Positions 51,801 through 64,000 of a stretch of 64,000 bases of DNA are shown one piece after another; the first letter of the stretch is position 1; each line of letters starts with the position of its first letter. A program made the translations under genes and the position numbers. The notes beneath the pieces were generated by a model that saw only the letters and a program-made list of their open reading frames with translations, made no database searches and was not told where the DNA came from. The DNA comes from Heterodontus francisci (lineage: Eukaryota): NCBI RefSeq assembly GCF_036365525.1, contig NC_090413.1, forward strand, positions 7,130,001 through 7,194,000. Direction: 5' to 3'.

Positions 51801-54800
51801 GGGACAGGTCTGTTACTTTATAACACTGGGGAACAGTACTGGTGGGTACAGGTCTGTTACTTTATAACACTGGTGTACAGTACTGGTGGGGACAGGTCTG
51901 TTACTTTATAACACTGGAGTGCAGTACTGGTGGGGACAGGTCTGTTACTTTATAACACTGGGGTACAGTACTGCTGGGGAGAGGTCTGATAATTGTAACA
52001 CTGGGGTACAGTACTGCTGGGGAGAGGTCTGATAATTGTAACACTGGGATACAGTACTGGCGGGTACGAGTCTGTCACTGAATAACACTGTGGTACAGTA
52101 CTGGTGGGGACAGGTCTGTCACTGAATAACACTGGGATACAGTACTGGCGGGTACGAGTCTGTCACTGAATAACACTGGGGTACAGTACTGGCGGGTACG
52201 AGTCTGTCACTGAATAACACTGTGGTACAGTACTGGCGGGTACGAGTCTGTCAATGAATAACACTGGGGTACATTACTGGCGGGTACGAGTCTGTCACTG
52301 AATAACACTGGGGTACAGTACTGGTGGGTACGGGTCTGTCATTGAATAACACTGGGGTACAGTACTGGTGGGGACAGGTCTGTCACTGAATAACACTGGG
52401 ATACAGTACTGGCGGGTACAGATCTGTCTGTGTAACACTGGGGTACAGTACTGGTGGGTACGAGTCTGCCACTGAATAACACTGGGGTACAGTACTGGTG
52501 GGTACGGGTCTGTCACTGAATAACACTGGGATACAGTACTGATGGGGACAGATCTGTCACTGTATAACACTGGGGTACAGTACTGGTGGGGACAGGTCTG
52601 TCACTGAATAACACTGGGGTACAGTACTGGCGGGTACGAGTCTGTCACTGAATAACACTGTGGTACAGTACTGGTGGGTACGAGTCTGTCAATGAATAAC
52701 ACTGGGGTACAGTACTGGGGGGTACGAGTCTGTCACTGAATAACACTGGGGTCCAGTAATAGTGGGGACAGGTCTGTTACTTTATAACACTGGAGTGCAG
52801 TACTGGTGGGGACAGGTCTGTTACTTTATAACACTGGGGTACAGTACTGGTGGGGTCAGGTCTGTTACTTTATAACACTGGAGTGCAGTACTGGTGGGGA
52901 CAGGTCTGTTACTTTATAACACTGGGGTACAGTACTGGTGGGGTCAGGTCTGTTACTTTATAACACTGGAGTGCAGTACTGGTGGGGACAGGTCTGTTAC
53001 TTTATAACACTGGGGTACAGTACTGGTGGGGACAGGTCTGTTAATTGTAACACTGGGGTACAGTACTGGTGGGGACAGGTCTGTTACTTTATAACACTGG
53101 TGTACAGTACTGGTGGGGACAGGTCTGTTAATTGTAACACTGGGGTACAGTACTGGTGGGGACAGGTCTGTTAATTGTAACACTGGGGTACAGTACTGGT
53201 GGGGACAGGTCTGTTACTTTATAACACTGGTGTACGGTACTGGTGGGGACAGGTCTGTTAATTGTAACACTGGTGTACAGTACTGGTGGGGACAGGTCTG
53301 TTAATTGTAACACTGGGGTACAGTACTGGTGGGGACAGGTCTGTTACTTTATAACACTGGTGTACAGTCCTGGTGGGGACAAGTCTGTTAATTGTAACAC
53401 TGGGGTACAGTACTGGTGGGGACAGGTCTGTTACTTTATAACACTGGAGTGCAGTACTGGTGGGGACAGGTCTGTTACTTTATAACACTGGGGTACAGTA
53501 CTGGTGGGGACAGGTCTGTTAATTGTAACACTGGGGTACAGTACTGGTGGGGACAGGTCTGTCAATTGTAACACTGGGGTACAGTACTGGTGGGGACAGG
53601 TCTGTTAATTGTAACACTGGGGTACAGTACTGGTGGGGACAGGTCTGTTACTTTATAACACTGGTGTACAGTACTGGTGGGGACAGGTCTGTTAATTGTA
53701 ACACTGGGGTACAGTACTGGTGGGGACAGGTCTGTTACTTTATAACACTGGTGTACAGTACTGGTGGGGACAGGTCTGTTAATTGTAACACTGGGGTACA
53801 GTACTGGTGGGGACAGGTCTGTTACTTTATAACACTGGGGTACAGTACTGGTGGGGACAGGTCTGTTACTTGATAACACTGGGGTACAGTACTGGTGGGG
53901 ACGTGTCTGTTATTTGATAACAATGGGGTACAGTACTGGTGGGGACAGGTCTGTTACTTTGTAACACTGGGGTACAGTACTGGTGGGGACAGGTCTGTTA
54001 CTTGATAACACTGGGGTACAGTACTGGTGGGAACTGGTCTGTTACTTTATAACAATGGGGTACAGTACTGGTGGGGACAGGTCTGTTACTTGATAACACT
54101 GGGGTACAGTACTGGTGGGGACAGGTCTGTTACTTTATACCAATGGGGTACAGTACTGGTGGGGACAGGTCTGTTACTTGATAACACTGGGGTACAGTAC
54201 TGGTGGGGACAGGTCTGTTACTTTATTACACTGGGGTACAGTACTGGTGGGGACAGGTCTGTTACTTTATAACACTGGGGTACAGTATTGGTGGGGACAG
54301 GTCTGTTACTTTATAACACTGGGGTACAGTACTGGTGGGGACAGGTCTGTTACTTTATAACACTGGGGTACAGTACTGGTGGGGACAGGTCTGTTACTTT
54401 ATAACACTGGGGTACAGTACTGGCGGGTACGAGTCTGTCACTGAATAACACTGGGGTACAGTACTGGTGGGTACGGGTCTGTCACTGAATAACACTGGGG
54501 TACAGTACTGGTGGGGACAGGTCTGTCACTGAATAACACTGGGATACAGTACTGGCGGGTACAGATCTGTCTGTGTAACACTGGGGTACAGTACTGGTGG
54601 GTACGAGTCTGCCACTGAATAACACTGGGGTACAGTACTGGTGGGTACGGGTCTGTCACTGAATAACACTGGGATACAGTACTGATGGGGACAGATCTGT
54701 CACTGTATAACACTGGGGTACTGTACTGGTGGGGACAGGTCTGACACTGAATAACACTGGGATACAGTACTGGCGGGTACGAGTCTGTCAATGAATAACA

Positions 54801-57800
54801 CTGGGGTACAGTACTGGCGGGTACGAGTCTGTCACTGAATAACACTGGGGTCCAGTACTAGTGGGGACAGGTCTGTTACTTTATAACACTGGAGTGCAGT
54901 ACTGGTGGGGACAGGTCTGTTACTTTATAACACTGGGGTACAGTACTGGTTGGGTCAGGTCTGTTACTTTATAACACTGGAGTGCAGTACTGGTGGGGAC
55001 AGGTCTGTTACTTTATAATACTGGGGTACAGTACTGGTGGGGCAGGTCTGTTAATTGTAACACTGGGGTACAGTACTGGTGGGGACAGGTCTGTTACTTT
55101 ATAACACTGGTGTACAGTACTGGTGGGGACAGGTCTGTTAATTGTAACACTGGGGTACAGTACTGGTGGGGACAGGTCTGTTAATTGTAACACTGGGGTA
55201 CAGTACTGGTGGGGACAGGTCTGTTACTTTATAACACTGGTGTACAGTGCTGGTGGGGACAGGTCTGTTAATTGTAACACTGGTGTACAGAACTGGTGGG
55301 GACAGGTCTGTTAATTGTAACACTGGGGTACAGTACTGGTGGGGACAGGTCTGTTACTTTATAACACTGGTGTACAGTCCTGGTGGGGACAGGCCTGTTA
55401 ATTGTAACACTGGGGTACAGTACTGGTGGGGACAGGTCTGTTACTTTATAACACTGGAGTGCAGTACTGGTGGGGACAGGTCTGTTACTTTATAACACTG
55501 GGGTACAGTACTGGTGGGGACAAGTCTGTTAATTGTAACACTGGGGTACAGTACTGGTGGGGTCAGGTCTGTCAATTGTAACACTGGGGTACAGTACTGG
55601 TGGGGACAGGTTTGTTATTTGTAACACTGGGGTACAGTACTGGTGGGGACAGGTCTGTTACTTTATAACACTGGGGTACAGTACTGGTGGGGACAGGTCT
55701 GTTAATTGTAACACTGGTGTACAGTACTGGTGGGGACAGGTCTGTTAATTGTAACACTGGGGTACAGTACTGGTGGGGACAGGTCAGTTACTTTATAACA
55801 CTGGTGTACAGTACTGGTGGGGACAGGTCTGTTAATTGTAACACTGGGGTACAGTACTGGTGGGGACAGGTCTGTTACTTTATAACACTGGGGTACAGTA
55901 CTGGTGGGGACAGGTCTGTTACTTGATAACACTGGGGTACAGTACTGGTGGGGACAGGTCTGTTATTTGATAACAATGGGGTACAGTACTGGTGGGGACA
56001 GGTCTGTTACTTTGTAACACTGGGGTACAGTACTGGTGGGGACAGGTCTGTTACTTGATAACACTGGGGTACAGTACTGGTGGGGACTGGTCTGTTACTT
56101 TATAACACTGGGGTACAGTACTGGTGGGGACAGGTATGTTACTTGATAACACTGGGGTACAGTACTGGTGGGGACAGATCTGTTAATTGTAACACTGGGG
56201 TACAGTACTGGTGGGGACAGGTCTGTTACTTTATAACACTGGGGTACAGTACTGGTGGGGACAGGTCTGTTACTTTACAACACTGGGGTACAGTATTGGT
56301 GGGGACAGGTCTGTTACTTTATAACACTGGGGTACAGTACTGGTGGGGACAGATCTGTTACTTTATAACACTGGGGTACAGTACTGGTGGGGACAGGTCT
56401 GTTACTTTATAACACTGGGGTACAGTACTGGTGGGTGCGGGTCTGTCACTGAATAACACTGGCGTACTGTACTGGTGGGGACAGGTCTGTCACTGAATAA
56501 CACTGGGATACTGTACTGGCGGGTACAGATATGTCTGTGTAACACTGGGGTACAGTATTGGTGGGTACGAGTCTGCCACTGAATAACACTGGGGTACAGT
56601 ACTGGTGGGTACGGGTCTGACACTGCATAACACTGGGATACAGTACTGATGGGGACAGATCTGTCACTGTATAACACTGGGGTACAGTACTGGTGGGGAC
56701 AGGTCTGTCACTGAATAACACTGGGATGCAGTACTGGCGGGTACGAGTCTGTCAATGAATAACACTGGGGTACAGTACTGGCGGGTACGTGTCTGTCACT
56801 GAATAACACTGGGGTCCAGTACTAGTGGGGACAGGTCTGTTACTTTATAACACTGGAGTGCAGTACTGGTGGGGACAGGTCTGTTACTTTATAACACTGG
56901 GGTACAGTACTGGTGGGGTCAGGTCTGTTACTTTATAACACTGGAGTGCAGTACTGGTGGGGACAGGTCTGTTACTTTATAACACCTGGGTACAGTACTG
57001 GTGGGGACAGGTCTGTTAATTGTAACAATGGGGTACAGTACTGGTGGGGACAGGTCTGTTACTTTATAACACTGGTGTACAGTACTGGTGGGGACAGGTC
57101 TGTTAATTGTAACACTGGGGTACAGTACTGGTGGGGACAGGTCTGTTACTTTATAACACTGGTGTACAGTACTGGTGGGGACAGGTCTGTTAATTGTAAC
57201 ACTGGTGTACAGTACTGGTGGGGACAGGTCTGTTAATTGTAACACTGGGGTACAGTACTGGTGGGGACATGTCTGTTACTTTATAACACTGGTGTACAGT
57301 CCTTGTGGGGACAGGTCTGTTAATTGTAACACTGGGGTACAGTACTGGTCGGGACAGGTCTGTTACTTTATCACACTGGAGTGCAGTACTGGTGGGGACA
57401 GGTCTGTTACTTTATAACACTGGGGTACAGTACTGGTGGGGACAGGTCTGTTAATTGTAACACTGGTGTACAGTACTGGTGGGGACAGGTCTGTTAATTG
57501 TAACACTGGGGTACATTACTGGTGGGGACAGGTCTGTTACTTTATAACACTGGGGTACAGTACTGGTGGGGACAGGTCTGTTACTTGATAACACTGGGGT
57601 ACAGTACTGGTGGGGACAGGTCTGTTACTTGATAACACTGGGGTACAGTACTGGTGGGGACAGGTCTGTTACTTTATAACAATGGGGTACAGTACTGGTG
57701 GGGACAGGTCTGTTACTTGATAGCAATGGGGTTCAGTACTGGTGGGGACAGGTCTGTTACTTTATAACACTGGGGTACAGTACTGGTGGGGACAGGTCTG

Positions 57801-60800
57801 TTATTTGATAACAATGGGGTACAGTACTGGTGGGGACAGGTCTGTTACTTTATAACACTGGGGAACAGTACTGGTGGGTACGAGTCTGCCACTGAATAAC
57901 ACTGGGGTACAGTACTGGTGGGTACGAGTCTGCCACTGAATAACACTGGGGTACGGTACCAGTGGGACGGATCTGTCACTGTATAACACTGGGGTACAGT
58001 ACTGATGGGGACAGATCTGTCACTGTATAACACTGGGGTACAGTACTGGTGGGGACAGGTCTGTTACTTTATAACACTGGGCTACAGTACTGGTGGGGAC
58101 AGGTCTGTTACTTTATAACAATGGGGTACAGTACCGGTGGGGACAGGTCTGTTAATTGTAACACTGGGGGACAGTACTGGTGGTGACAGGTCTGTTACTT
58201 TGTAACAATGGGGTACAGTACTGCTGGGGACAGGTCTGTTAATTGGAACACTGGGGTAAAGTACTTGTGGGGATAGGTCTGTTACTTAATAACAAGGGGG
58301 TACAGTACTGGTGGGGACAGGTCTGTTACTTTGTAACAATGGGGTACAGTACTGCTGGGGACAGGTCTGTTAATTGGAACAATGGGGTACAGTACTTGCG
58401 GGGACAGGTCTGTTACTTTATAACAAGGGGGTACAGTACTGGTGGGGACTGGTCTGTTACTTTATAACACTGGGGTACAGTACTTGTGGGGTCAGGTCTG
58501 TTACTTTATAACACTGGGGTACAGTACTGGTGGGGACAGGTCTGTTACTTTATAACAATGGGGTACAGTACTGGTGGGGACAGATCTGTTAATTGTAACA
58601 CTGAGGTACAGTACTTGTGGGGACAGGTCTGTTACTTTATAACAAGGGGGTACAGTACTGGTGGGGACTGGTCTGTTACTTTATAACACTGGGGTACAGT
58701 ACTGGTGGGGACAGGTCTGTTACTTTATAACACTGGGGTACAGTACTGATGGGGACAGGTCTGTTAGTTTATAACAAGGGGGTACAGTACTGGTGGGGAC
58801 AGGTCTGTTACTTTATAACACTGGGGTACAGTACTGGTGGGGACAGGTCTGTTACTTTATAACACTGGGTTACAGAACTGGTGGGAACAGGTCTGTTACA
58901 TTATAACACTGGGTTGCAGTACTGGTGGGGACAGGTCTGTTACTTTATAACAATGGGATTCAGTACTGGTGGGGACAGGTCTGTTAATTTTAACACTGGG
59001 GGACAGTACTGGTGGGGACAGGTGTTACTTTATAACACTGGGGTACAATACTGGTGGGGACAGCTCTGTTACTTTATAACACTGGGGTACAGAACTGGTG
59101 GGGACAGGTCTGTTAATTTATAACACTGGAGTGCAGTACTGGTGGGGACAGGTCTGTTACTTTATAACACTGGGGTACAGTACTGGTGGGGACAGCTCTG
59201 TTATTTCTCACACTGGGGTACAGAACTGGTGGGGACAGGTCTGTTAATTTATAACACTGGAGTGCAGTACTGGTGGGGACAGGTCTGTTAATTTATAACA
59301 CTGGGGTACAGTACTGGTGGGGACAGGTCTGTTATTTCTCACACTGGGGTACAGAACTGGTGGGGACAGGTCTGTTATTTCTCACACTGGGGTACAGAAC
59401 TGGTGGGGACAGGTCTGTAAATTTATAACACTGGAGTGCAGTACTGGTGGGGACAGGTCTGTTACTTTATAACACTGGGGTACAGGACTGGTGGGGACAG
59501 GTCTGTTACTTTATAACACTGGGGTACAGTACTGGTGGGGACAGGTCTGTTACTGTATAACACTGGGGTACAGTACTGGTGGGTACGAGTCTGCCACTGA
59601 ATAACACTGGGGTGCAGTACTAGTGGGACGGAGCTGTCACTGTATAACACTGGGGTACAGTACTGGCGGGGACAGGTCTGTCACTGAATAACACTGGGAT
59701 ACAGTACTGATGGGGACAGATCTGTCACTGTATAACACTGGGGTACAGTACTGATGGGGACAGATCTGTCTCTGTATAACACTGGGGTACAGTACTGGTG
59801 GGGACAGGTCTGTTACTTTATAACAATGGGGGACAGTACTGGTGGGGACAGGTCTGTTACTTGATAACACTGGGGTACAGTACTGGTGGGGACAGGTCTG
59901 TTACTTTATAACACTGGGGAACAGTACTGGTGGGTACGAGTCTGCCACTGAATAACACTGGGGTACAGTACTGGTGGGTACGAGTCTGCCACTGAATAAC
60001 ACTGGGGTACGGTACCAGTGGGACGGATCTGTCACTGTATAACACTGGGGTACAGTACTGATGGGGACAGATCTGTCACTGTATAACACTGGGGTACAGT
60101 ACTGGTGGGGACAGGTCTGTTACTTTATAACACTGGGCTACAGTACTGGTGGGGACAGGTCTGTTACTTTATAACAATGGGGTACAGTACCGGTGGGGAC
60201 AGGTCTGTTAATTGTAACACTGGGGGACAGTACTGGTGGTGACAGGTCTGTTACTTTGTAACAATGGGGTACAGTACTGCTGGGGACAGGTCTGTTAATT
60301 GGAACACTGGGGTACAGTACTTGTGGGGATAGGTCTGTTAATTAATAACAAGGGGGTACAGTACTGGTGGGGACAGGTCTGTTACTTTGTAACAATGGGG
60401 TACAGTACTGCTGGGGACAGGTCTGTTAATTGGAACAATGGGGTACAGTACTTGTGGGGACAGGTCTGTTACTTTATAACAATGGGGTACAGTACTGGTG
60501 GGGACTGGTCTGTTACTTTATAACACTGGGGTACAGTACTTGTGGGGTCAGGTCTGTTACTTTATAACACTGGGGTACAGTACTGGTGGGGACAGGTCTG
60601 TTACTTTATAACAATGGGGTACAGTACTGGTGGGGACAGATCTGTTAATTGTAACACTGAGGTACAGTACTTGTGGGGACAGGTCTGTTACTTTATAACA
60701 AGGGGGTACAGTACTGGTGGGGACTGGTCTGTTACTTTATAACACTGGGGTACAGTACTGGTGGGGACAGGTCTGTTACTTTATAACACTGGGGTACAGT

Positions 60801-63800
60801 ACTGATGGGGACAGGTCTGTTAGTTTATAACAAGGGGGTACAGTACTGGTGGGGACAGGTCTGTTACTTTATAACACTGGGGTACAGTACTGGTGGGGAC
60901 AGGTCTGTTACTTTATAACACTGGGTTACAGAACTGGTGGGAACAGGTCTGTTACTTTATAACACTGGGGTACAGTACTGGTGGGGACAGGTCTGTTACT
61001 TTATAACAATGGGATTCAGTCCTGGTGGGGACAGGTCTGTTACTTTATAACACTGGGGTACAGAACTGGTGGGGACAGGTCTGTTAATTTATAACACTGG
61101 AGTGCAGTACTGGTGGGGACAGGTCTGTTACTTTATAACACTGGGGTACAGTACTGGTGGGGACAGCTCTGTTATTTCTCACACTGGGGTACAGAACTGG
61201 TGGGGACAGGTCTGTTAATTTATAACACTGGAGTGCAGTACTGGTGGGGACAGGTCTGTTAATTTATAACACTGGGGTACAGTACTGGTGGGGACAGGTC
61301 TGTTATTTCTCACACTGGGGTACAGAACTGGTGGGGACAGGTCTGTTATTTCTCACACTGGGGTACAGAACTGGTGGGGACAGGTCTGTTAATTTATAAC
61401 ACTGGAGTGCAGTACTGGTGGGGACAGGTCTGTTACTTTATAACACTGGGGTACAGGACTGGTGGGGACAGGTCTGTTACTTTATAACACTGGGGTACAG
61501 TACTGGTGGGGACAGGTCTGTTACTGTATAACACTGGGGTACAGTACTGGTGGGTACGAGTCTGCCACTGAATAACACTGGGGTGCAGTACTAGTGGGAC
61601 GGAGCTGTCACTGTATAACACTGGGGTACAGTACTGGCGGGGACAGGTCTGTCACTGAATAACACTGGGATACAGTACTGATGGGGACAGATCTGTCACT
61701 GTGTAACACTGGGGTACAGTACTGATGGGGACAGATCTGTCTCTGTATAACACTGGGGTACAGTACTGGTGGGGACAGGTCTGTTACTTTATAACAATGG
61801 GGGACAGTACTGGTGGGGACAGGTCTGTTACTTGATAACACTGGGGTACAGTACTGGTGGGGACAGGTCTGTTACTTTATAACACTGGGGAACAGTACTG
61901 GTGGGTACGAGTCTGCCACTGAATAACACTGGGGTACAGTACTGGTGGGTACGAGTCTGCCACTGAATAACACTGGGGTACGGTACCAGTGGGACGGATC
62001 TGTCACTGTATAACACTGGGGTACAGTACTGATGGGGACAGATCTGTCACTGTATAACACTGGGGTACAGTACTGGTGGGGACAGGTCTGTTACTTTATA
62101 ACACTGGGCTACAGTACTGGTGGGGACAGGTCTGTTACTTTATAACAATGGGGTACAGTACCGGTGGGGACAGGTCTGTTAATTGTAACACTGGGGGACA
62201 GTACTGGTGGTGACAGGTCTGTTACTTTGTAACAATGGGGTACAGTACTGCTGGGGACAGGTCTGTTAATTGGAACACTGGGGTACAGTACTTGTGGGGA
62301 TAGGTCTGTTACTTTATAACAAGGGGGTACAGTACTGCTGGGGACAGGTCTGTTGATTGGAACAATGGGGTACAGTACTTGTGGGGACAGGTCTGTTACT
62401 TTATAACAAGGGGGTACAGTACTGGTGGGGACTGGTCTGTTACTTTATAACACTGGGGTACAGTACTTGTGGGGTCAGGTCTGTTACTTTATAACACTGG
62501 GGTACAGTACTGGTGGGGACAGGTCTGTTACTTTATAACAATGGGGTACAGTACTGGTGGGGACAGATCTGTTAATTGTAACACTGAGGTACAGTACTTG
62601 TGGGGACAGGTCTGTTACTTTATAACAAGGGGGTACAGTACTGGTGGGGACTGGTCTGTTACTTTATAACACTGGGGTACAGTACTGGTGGGGACAGGTC
62701 TGTTACTTTATAACACTGGGGTACAGTACTGATGGGGACAGGTCTGTTAGTTTATAACAAGGGGGTACAGTACTGGTGGGGACAGGTCTGTTACTTTATA
62801 ACACTGGGGTACAGTACTGGTGGGGACAGGTCTGTTACTTTATAACACTGGGTTACAGAACTGGTGGGAACAGGTCTGTTACTTTATAACACTGGGGTAC
62901 AGTACTGGTGGGGACAGGTCTGTTACTTTATAACAATGGGATTCAGTACTGGTGGGGACAGGTCTGTTAATTTTAACACTGGGGGACAGTACTGGTGGGG
63001 ACAGGTGTTACTTTATAACACTGGGGTACAATACTGGTGGGGACAGCTCTGTTACTTTATAACACTGGGGTACAGAACTGGTGGGGACAGGTCTGTTAAT
63101 TTATAACACTGGAGTGCAGTACTGGTGGGGACAGGTCAGTTACTTTATAACACTGGGGTACAGTACTGGTGGGGACAGGTCTGTTATTTCTCACACTGGG
63201 GTACAGAACTGGTGGGGACAGGTCTGTTAATTTATAACACTGGAGTGCAGTACTGGTGGGGACAGGTCTGTTAATTTATAACACTGGGGTACAGTACTGG
63301 TGGGGACAGGTCTGTTATTTCTCACACTGGGGTACAGAACTGGTGGGGACAGGTCTGTTATTTCTCACACTGGGGTACAGAACTGGTGGGGACAGGTCTG
63401 TTAATTTATAACACTGGGGTACAGGACTGGTGGGGAGAGGTCTGTTATTTTATAACACTGGGGTACAGTACTGGTGGGTACGAGTCTGCCACTGAATAAC
63501 ACTGGGGTGCAGTACTAGTGGGACGGAGCTGTCACTGTATAACACTGGGATACAGTACTGATGGGGACAGATCTGTCACTGTATAACACTGGGGTACAGT
63601 ACTGATGGGGACAGATCTGTCTCTGTATAACACTGGGATACAGTACTGATGGGGACAGATCTGTCACTGAATAACACTGGGATACAGTACAGATGGGGAC
63701 AGATCTGTCACTGTATAACACTGGGGTACAGTACTGATGGGGACAGATCTGTCTCTGTATAACACTGGGGTACAGTACTGGTGGGGACAGGTCTGTTACT

Positions 63801-64000
63801 TTATAACAATGGGGGACAGTACTGGTGGGGACAGGTCTGTTACTTGATAACACTGGGGTACAGTACTGGTGGGGACAGGTCTGTTACTTTATAACACTGG
63901 GGTACAGTACTGGTGGGGACAGGTCTGTTACTTTATAACACTGGGGTACAGTACTGGTGGGGACAGGTCTGTTACTTTATAACACTGTGGTACAGTATTG
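42855..64000. repeat. 44/43-bp satellite (AACACTGGGGTACAGTACTGGTGGGGACAGGTCTGTTACTTTAT)n, running off the right edge
   Basis: Direct reading. Subtypes end in GTTACTTTAT, GTCACTGAAT or GTTAATTGT (43 bp). Core palindrome CAGTACTG. Confidence 0.98.

Noticed and set aside
35410-64000. 28-bp and 44-bp arrays as CRISPR arrays or repeat-protein genes
   Set aside because: Head-to-tail units with no unique spacers, no cas genes and a vertebrate context. Unit lengths are not multiples of three, so the ORFs are incidental.

Overview
Vertebrate nuclear DNA, most likely a cartilaginous fish (inferred from a SacSINE1/Deu-domain SINE and shark-type CR1, Penelope and 44-bp satellite sequences). About 70% of the window is tandem repeat: a 15-bp array (1-13935), a TG-rich ~20-bp array (28372-31035), a 28-bp array (35410-42125) and a 43/44-bp array (42855-end). 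The long ORFs over these arrays are artefacts of stop-free repeat units. The only host gene is an intact minus-strand LRRC8 (VRAC) subunit with LRRC8E-type residues: coding exons 31223-31086 and 25597-23336, 799 aa. The rest is nested transposable elements. An 8.1-kb PIF/Harbinger-like TIR element with a 3-bp TSD splits a 21-bp minisatellite and hosts several CR1 LINEs and an RTE fragment flanked by a ~230-bp duplication. Also present are a Penelope-like element with a hammerhead remnant, an L2 and a Deu-SINE. The best mechanistic lead is a near-intact CR1 whose ORF1 ends in T-TTA-AAC-TAA while ORF2 is in the -1 frame with no AUG ahead of its endonuclease motifs, a candidate programmed -1 ribosomal frameshift. 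I found no CRISPR array or prokaryotic system. Family assignments are from recalled motifs, not database searches.
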